This document shows positions 55,778 through 64,000 of a stretch of 64,000 nt of DNA, piece after piece. A program made the position numbers and the translations under genes. This DNA is from Octopus vulgaris (lineage: Eukaryota), in assembly GCA_951406725.2 (NCBI GenBank), contig OX597837.1, positions 10,478,001 to 10,542,000 on the forward strand, given 5' to 3'. The notes under the pieces are model-generated. The model searched no databases. It had not been told where the DNA came from and was given only the letters and a program-made list of their open reading frames with translations. The stretch's first letter is position 1. Each line of letters starts with the position of its first letter.

Positions 55778-57490
55778 GGCGGCGAGATGGCAGAAACGTT
55801 AGCACGCCGGGCGAAATGCTTAATGGTATTTCGTTTGCCGCTACGTTCCGAATTCAAATTCCGCCGAGGTCGACTTTGACTTTCATCCTTTCGAGATCGA
55901 TAAATTAAGTACCAGTCAAGTAATGGAGCTGATGTAATCCATTATCCCCCTCCCTCAAAATTTCAGGCTTTTACCTATAGTAGAAAGGATTATTATTATT
56001 ATCATTATTATTATTATTTAAGGCGGCGAGCTGGCAGAAATGTTAGCACGCCGGGTGAAATGCTTAGCGGTATTTCGTCTGTCGTTACGTTCTGAGTTCA
56101 AATTCCACCGAGGTCGACTTTGCCTTTCATCCTTTCGGGGTCGATTAAATAATGACCAGTTACGCACTGGGGTCGGTGTAATCGACTTAATCCGTTTGTC
56201 TGTCCTTGTTTGTCCCCTCTGTGTTTAGCCCCTTGTGGGTAGTAAAGAAATAGCTATTACCTCTGCTGCTACGTCCCCAGTTCAAATTCCACCCATGTCG
56301 CCTTTGCCTTTCATCCTTTCGGGGTCGATAAATTAAGTACCAGTTACGCACTGGGGTCGATGTAATCGACTCATCCTCTCGCGCAAAATGACCGTCCTTG
56401 TGGCCAAATCGTTAGCACGCCGGGCGAAATGCTTCGCAGGATGACCATCCAAAAATATAAAGGAGGAAGAAAAAAATGACCATCCCAGAAATGGAAAGCG
56501 GCGAACTGGCAGAATCGTTAAGACAACGGGCATAATTTTTTGAGTTCAAATTCTGCCGAGGTCGACTTTGCCCTTCATCTTTTCGGGGGTCGATAATCTT
56601 AGTACCAGTTGAACATTGGGGACAATGTAAACCGGGTGGCACTTCTCTCTAGATTTCAGGCAACAATCTATTTTTACCGGCTCTTTCACCTTCTGGGTTC
56701 AAATCCTACCGACTTCGACTTTCGTTTTTAGGGGGTCGATAAATTAAGTACCTGCCGATTAAACAGCTCCCTTCCTCTTTCCCACAAAATTTCAGGCCTT
56801 GTGCCTTTAGTAGAAAGCCATTACTATTATTATTATAATTATTATCATCATCATCATCACGGTTATTGGGCGAACTGGCCAAGACGTTAGCATCCCCGGC
56901 GTAATGCTTAGCGGCATTTCGTTCAGAGTTCAAATTCCGCCGCGGTCGATGAAAATAAGTACCAGTTACACACTGGCGTCGAAATAACCGATTAGCCCCC
57001 GCCCCCAAAATTTCAAGCCTTATGCCTTATAGTAGAAAAATCATTATCATTACATGGAGTGACTGGCTACCTGGCAGAATCGTTGGACTGGCTACCTGGC
57101 AGAATCGTTGGACTGGCTACCTGGCAGAATCGTTGGACTGGCTACCTGGCAGAATCGTTGAAGTCCGCTAAAAATGGATTTGGTGTATGCAGGGCTTTTT
57201 ACATTCTGAGTTCAAACCGCGATGAAATAAACACCGTTTTTCGTATCTTCGTGGTCAAATACGAGTCAAATAACTGGAGCCGGCTATATTGAATTACTAG
57301 CTTTCTGCCTTAATTAAAAGCCAATTATTATTGTTATACAAAGGCGTCGAGCTGATTAATATCTTCGACGCAGAAGCAAAATAAATAAATAAAATTTCAA
57401 AAACTAAAAAAAACCCTTGGCATTATTTTCTCATCGGTTGGCAACGTTGTAGGTTCACACCCGGCCGAGGTCACCTTTAGCTTTTTGGGG
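55778..57490 (+). mobile_element. Cluster of ~8-9 co-oriented SINE family B copies and fragments
   Basis: Repeated ctggcagaa.cgttag heads and gagttcaaatt B boxes at ~55850, 56095, 56280, 56543, 56696, 56927, 57209 and 57452, separated by (ATT)n tails. Confidence 0.85.
57061..57160 (+). repeat. 4 perfect tandem copies of a 25-bp unit from a SINE B head
   Basis: gactggctacctggcagaatcgttg x4. Confidence 0.95.
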
Positions 57491-58192
57491 TTTTTTAAAA
57501 AATATTTTCGGGTTTCATAAAAAAATTTAATAGTCAATTAACAGAGTCGGTGACGGTATCGGCGAATACTCTTCCTTTCAAAATTGTGGGCCTTAATCCC
57601 TAATACTACCACCACCAGAATAAACACTACTACTGCTACGACTAATGTTCTCGAATAAAATAAAGATAAAAACAAAAAAGGAAACTGTCTTAGCGAAGTT
57701 ATAAAGTACTCAATACGGATAAATGTGTGTAGCTCCGATCGGTAAAATACGAAAAAACAATATATGCGAATGTGTGTGTGTGTGTGTATTAGAAATAGGG
57801 AAGGCCGGTTAATGGGATTACCTTAGGTTTCCCGTCCATAAAGGGTTCAGCTTTATGGCGTATCCCCATTTTTAATATATATTGCTCTATATCTTAGAGC
57901 GCGCACCTTCACTCGAATTTGTCTTTTTATAGACGATATACATGTATGTATATATATGTGTGTATATGTACTAATCTTTATGGTAGCTCCGCTGAGTTGC
58001 ATAAGGGACTTAAAGGGCGAGAGTTTCCTTGCGTTTAACATGGAAGTTTTAATAAGGGATTTTAAAAAAGGTTTCTGGGGTTTTTTTTAAAGGAAAAAAA
58101 ACAAAAACGAGATCCTATAAAGTTTATTTAAAGTTTCTCGAAAGCCGAGTTTCGTATAAAGCACTAACAATTTGTGTGTGTGTGTATATATA

Positions 58193-58238
58193 TATGCACG
58201 CACAGATATATATATATATATATATCTGTGCGTGCATA
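58193..58238. repeat. Perfect 46-bp palindrome centred on (AT)n
   Basis: tatgcacgcacagatata...tatatctgtgcgtgcata. Confidence 0.9.
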
Positions 58239-58368
58239 CGCTGTGAGTGTGAGTGAGAGAGTGTGTGATAGAGACTGAGCGAGAGTGTGAGTGCTAAAGA
58301 GAGGGAATTATGTTTCTGTAAGACAGAGAAAGTGTGTGTGTGAGTTAGAATGTATATGCATGTGTGTG

Positions 58369-58576
58369 GGTACTGCTAGCGAACAGTGGTCCCGGTGCGC
58401 GCACTCGCACATCCCCGCTAGCTAGTCGTAAGTAGTCGATCCTAAAATTTTTAAAACTAAGTAAACAAATTATTTTCATAAACAAACTAAAGTTAGAGTT
58501 AAAAATGTCGTTGGATCGACTAGCTAGCGCGGATGAGCGAGTGCGCGCACCGGGACCACTGTTCGCTAGTAGTACC
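58369..58576. mobile_element. MITE M2 with ~64-bp GC-rich TIRs (Merlin/Mutator-like)
   Basis: 58369-58442 vs 58513-58576 are reverse complements with 3 mismatches plus a 10-bp insertion in the left arm; 70-bp AT-rich spacer; flanked on both sides by tgtgtgtg. Confidence 0.8.
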
Positions 58577-59283
58577 TGTGTGTGTGTGTGAGAGAGAGAG
58601 AGAGGGAAGGAGACATCTACTACCTCACACCCTCCACCGTGGTTATGATCGGGGAACAAATACATACACAAACCCTTTCTTTCTCATTTTTCTCCTTCTC
58701 GGCTACTGCAAATGGCCCCACACATACGTAAGGCATTTGTGTCCCCTCTTTTTAATTATCGATTGCTTAAACCATTTTGTACACATGCACCTATATTTTA
58801 AACAACACAAATGTCTATATATGTGTGTGTGTGTGTGAGATTATACGCGCTCCTTTAAGTATTTCCCAGTCTCCCTGTGTTACTACACAAAGCTCCCAGT
58901 TTTATCCAAGTGTGTGTGTGTGTGTGAGTACGGTAGCTGGGAATAAAACGGAAAGAAGTGAGCAAACGAAAGTGTTACAGGGAGATACAGAGGGAAGGAG
59001 AGAGGATGGAGCTGTTTCTTAGATACAGAACTGCACAAAAGTATATATATACATATATATATATATATATGTGTGTGTGTGTATATGTAATTGAGATACA
59101 TAGTTTAATGTGTATAGAACGAAGAATGTAGATATTCATAAGTTCAACTAAACAATACTACCAAGATCTATATACATATATATATACATACAGATACGGA
59201 TATTATACATACATGATATACTTATTTACACTACCGAGCAAAATTATACAGCGCCTATATATACACGCACGAAGTCTCATCTG

Positions 59284-59320
<37 letters not shown>

Positions 59321-61272
59321 CCTGTGTGTGTGTGTGCATATAGGTTACAACTTCGTACGTATATGTAGACACTGTATGCATGTGTGTATAAACTTAGAAA
59401 AACTCGGAGTACCGACTGACTATTATGTATGTTCACATTAAATACTGTCTCAGAAACAAACATACGGAGCACATATCGAGATTATACATACAGATATACG
59501 TAGATTATATATATATATATAGAGAGAGAGAGATATATATAAAATTGTATGTATAATGACTGTTAGTAGCAAGGGTGAAACCGCGTTTAATCACCCAATA
59601 AAGTAGAGAATGTGTGTGTAGATAGATAGAGAGATAGATGAGTATGCGTGTGTAGATAGAGTGATAAGATAGATATTGTATAAAGTTTAATGAAGGGGTT
59701 TCGAATCGTAAACTCTGGAGTTTTTTTTAGTTTCAGGTTACGAAATCATTAGAACGTTTAAATACCGTGCAACCAAAATCACACACAAATTATATATATA
59801 TATAATCTTATTTTTAAAGAAAGTAGTTTTCAGCTACTACATATAATAAACATGAATATCATTAAAGTACAATACGATATAATAATACTGTAATATTAAA
59901 GCAATTACGTTTATAAATATTTTTTTTAAAATAGTATATATACACATTATACATAGAACAAATTGTACACATATATACACACGTAGATATATTTGTATAG
60001 AGCATTTTTACTCACCAAAGTGTAACAACAGTAATTTATAATAAATAATAATAACGTTATTGCAAACGAGATAAAATAGGTGTCGACATATTGTAGACGG
60101 GATGTGTGGTGGTGTAATTTGTACAAGTCACCATTTTAATGGGAGATCCAGCGTGCTAGAATGGAGAGAGAGAGAGAAAGAGAGAGTGGATGAGTGTGAC
60201 AGAGAGAAAGAGTGTAAGAGCTACGGAGAGGTAGAGAGAATAAGAGAGAGATATAGAGAGAATAAGATAGGTAGAAAGAATAAGAGAGAGAATTAGATAG
60301 GTAGAAAGAATAAGAGAGAGAATTAGATAGGGAGAAAGGAAGGAGAGAGGGGGAGAAAGGGCATAAATGAGTAAAAGGAAGGAAGGGGGGGATGATGCTC
60401 CGACTCATGACGAGGTAAAGAAAGAGGATGAAGTGGACGGGGGAAGGTAGACTGTGTTGAGTGAGGGTCGCAGCGGCGTGTCGGTGCGTGCGTGTACATG
60501 TGTGTGTTTGTGTGCGTCTGTGAGTGTGAGTGGAGTTGAGTGAATAAGTGAGCGGATGAACAGAAATGTGTATGTGTGTGTCTGCAATTATGTGTGCGTG
60601 CGTGTGTGTATCTGTTTGTGTTTCATTGTATGTCGGTAAAAGAGAGGACGAACGAATATATCTGACTTAATATGTGTGTGTGTGTACGTGTGTGCGCTTT
60701 GAACTTGAAATTTTGAGAGATACGGTTAGTTACTTCTGTGTCTGTGTGTATATACTATACTATATATATATATATATATATATACAGTTCTATAATTACA
60801 TTCGGGTCAATGTACGGGCTTCTCTGTACATGTCTCATGTATGTGTCTATATTTAATTAACAAATGTATAATTAAATCTATATGTATCTATGTGAAAAAA
60901 ATGAATTCGGAACATATGTAAGCGCGCGTGTATATATAAGTGATACAAGTGGATATTCTACATACATGCATATGCATAAATATATATATATATGTGTATC
61001 TGTGTGTGTGTATAGGTTTTCGATTGTGTGTGTGTGTGTGAATTTAGTTACAAGATACAACAAATATGTCTGTATATAGGTCCCAGATGTATATTAGATA
61101 TACACAAAAAGTTATGGTGTCAATGCTCTTGCTTCGGTGTGTATAAATGGCTGTGAGTGTGTGTCTGCAATAGTGGTATGTATATGTCTGAGTGTGTGTG
61201 TGTGTGTGTGTGCCTACCGCTAACAAGTGAATACTTTATATTCGTGTGTGCGTATGTATCTAACAAGTGATT

Positions 61273-61313
<41 letters not shown>

Positions 61314-61903
61314 CATACACACAGATTATAAGTATGTGTTTAAATGTATGAATCTGTGTATATATATATATATATATACACTTTATATTCTTTGAATGGT
61401 TTCAGCTAATCTGTGTCCATGGTGAACACCTTATGTATATATATACAGGCATACATATATATACATATACATGCATATATACATATATATATATATACAA
61501 ATGTGTGTGTGTGTGTGCAAACGTACATACATATACATACAAAGGCAATCATAGACACTTATTCATAAGTCATAAGTGGAAGAGTCGGTATACGAATGCG
61601 TGTGAGTGTGTGATTTAATTAGCCGACATGCTTTAACGTGAGTGCGCGTAGGTGTGTGAATGTGTGTGTGTGTATGTGTGTGTGAGTTTGATACTAAGTT
61701 CACGGTGCGCTGACTGTTGGAAGTGGTATAAGGTGGCGGGCGGCCATGTGTTGTATACCAAGGTAGACTTATGCTAAAGCAGACGTTGGTAAAGCACCAT
61801 GTTTCTACGCCCAGGCGCGCAAAAGTTACTAAATGCAAGCGTAAACGTAATTTCTAACTATTAATGTGATCGCATACACACACACAAGCAAGCATATACA
61901 TAC

Positions 61904-61951
<48 letters not shown>

Positions 61952-62165
61952 TACACACATATATACAGACACATTATATATGTATATGGAGGGAGTGAGA
62001 GAGAGAGAGAAGGATTAGAAACGATAGTATTTTTAAATGAGGGAGGACAAGAAAAGTTCGCTTCTAGCCTGGATCTTTCACATTGGAAACATAGGATGGT
62101 GTGTGTGTGGCTCTTAGTATGTATGTGTGTGTGTGTGTGTCTGTAACTCTTTGTGCGTATATGTG

Positions 62166-62200
<35 letters not shown>

Positions 62201-62227
62201 TTGTATATAACTGACTAGCTCTTCGTA

Positions 62228-62259
<32 letters not shown>

Positions 62260-62502
62260 GGTAGATGTATGTATGTATGTATGTATGTATACAGATGTGT
62301 ATGTGAGTATATATATATGTGTGTGTGTGCTTTCTACTAAGATTTAGGAATGATAGATAGCCAGTCCACACTAGCGCAAAGAGTTCGTTTACAAATACAT
62401 TCAGATATGTGTGTGTCTGTACGTGTGTACAAATGCATGCATGCGTCTGTGTACGTGTGTGTGTATGCGTGTGTAATATTTGTAAAAGAATAATATTCCT
62501 AC

Positions 62503-62558
62503 CCGGTTCGCTTCTGCCCGCTTCTTTTCGACGACGAAGATGACGACAGATGCATCAT
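62503..62558 (-). other. Speculative first coding exon (MMHLSSSSSSKRSGQKRT, phase 2)
   Basis: CpG-rich unique island among microsatellites; ATGATG at 62558-62553, open to donor-like GG|GTAGGA at 62503/62502. No homology recognised. Confidence 0.15.
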
Positions 62559-62827
62559 TCGGAACGTGAAGAAAAAGAACAAGCCAAGAACGATAACTCG
62601 TCCGTGGTGACCCACTCCATTCAACTCTATCTTTCTCTCTAAAGAGAAATTCTCTAGTCTTTCTCCTTTTTCTTTTTCTTCCTCCCCACCAAAAAAACTT
62701 GATGATGTATACACACATTCATATATACATATATGTATATATATATACACGCAAAGAGAAAATACTGCATAATAAATTATATATGTATACATATTCTTTC
62801 ATACATATATACATACATATATCCATG

Positions 62828-62881
<54 letters not shown>

Positions 62882-63379
62882 TGCATAAATATATTTGCAC
62901 ATATACATATATAAATATATACATGTATATATACCTTCATGCGTACACAATATATAGTTATATACATACCACAAACACACATACATACTTATAAATACAA
63001 ACATATATGCACAGAAAAAAAATTGAATTAATATACATATATAATATACACACATACTTATGTATACATACACACTTGCATACACACACACACACACACA
63101 TGCTAAATAAATGTATATATATATATATATATATATAATGATACATACACACACATTCACAGACACACATATATAAATGTATGCACATCTATATCTTTCT
63201 ATATATATGTATGTAGATGAATATATTTATATACAGTGGTATATATACACTGTACAACAACCACGTTAGTTCTTATCTATTATTGCTACAACAACATTTC
63301 TTCGTGACTACTGATCACCCCCCCCTCACACCAATTCCGTTCTTTCTGCTTCTCAAGTACTTTTTATAATCGTTACTAT

Positions 63380-63410
<31 letters not shown>

Positions 63411-63732
63411 CTCAAAGATATGAATGTATCTATGAATATGAAAGCGTATACGGAAAAGTGTATATATGAAGTACATATATGGATATATATATATATATAT
63501 ACATATATACATTTATACACGGGCACACACATAGAGCGATACACACACACACACACACACACACACAGGCATCTACTCAAATTTAGCAGCCATTTTTTTA
63601 AACACACATACACACAAACACAAACACACACACACATATATATATGTGGAGAGAGAGAGAGAGATACATGTGTATATATATATATATATATATATACATA
63701 CTCATTATTATATATATGTGTAAGTATGTATA

Positions 63733-63768
<36 letters not shown>

Positions 63769-64000
63769 CATATATATCTATTCATATACATGTACACATA
63801 CATAGATATATATATATATTTATATATATGTATATATATATATATATATATTTATATGTATATATATGTTTATATATATGTATATATATAGATAGATACA
63901 CACACATACATATCTATTCATATATATATACATACATGTACATATACATAAATATATATTTACATATATGTATATATATATATATATATAGAAAGATAGA

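Overview
This is AT-rich, non-coding eukaryotic DNA, most likely intronic or intergenic, saturated with (AT)n, (AC)n, (AG)n, (GATA)n and (TACA)n microsatellites and short transposable elements. The repeat landscape strongly suggests an octopus (coleoid cephalopod) genome; this is inferred from the SINE families and microsatellite load, not from a search. No intact protein-coding gene is visible, and nearly all ORF-track entries are microsatellite or SINE read-throughs. Supported content: (i) two abundant tRNA-headed SINE families (A, CORE-like; B), a family with a (GAT)n tail (C) and one further tRNA-headed SINE; (ii) MITEs with readable TIRs and TSDs (hAT-like, piggyBac-like, Tc2/pogo-like, and two Merlin/Mutator-like families); (iii) decayed LINE fragments (CR1/L2-type RT, R4/Dong-type endonuclease); (iv) a minimal type-I hammerhead ribozyme of the Penelope type plus degenerate relatives; (v) a ~4.5 kb orientation-switching degenerate minisatellite; (vi) a same-strand array of 13 TAATCC motifs; (vii) several fold-back inverted repeats; (viii) a few weak promoter and exon candidates. 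Coordinates were counted by eye, and element edges may be off by a few bases.
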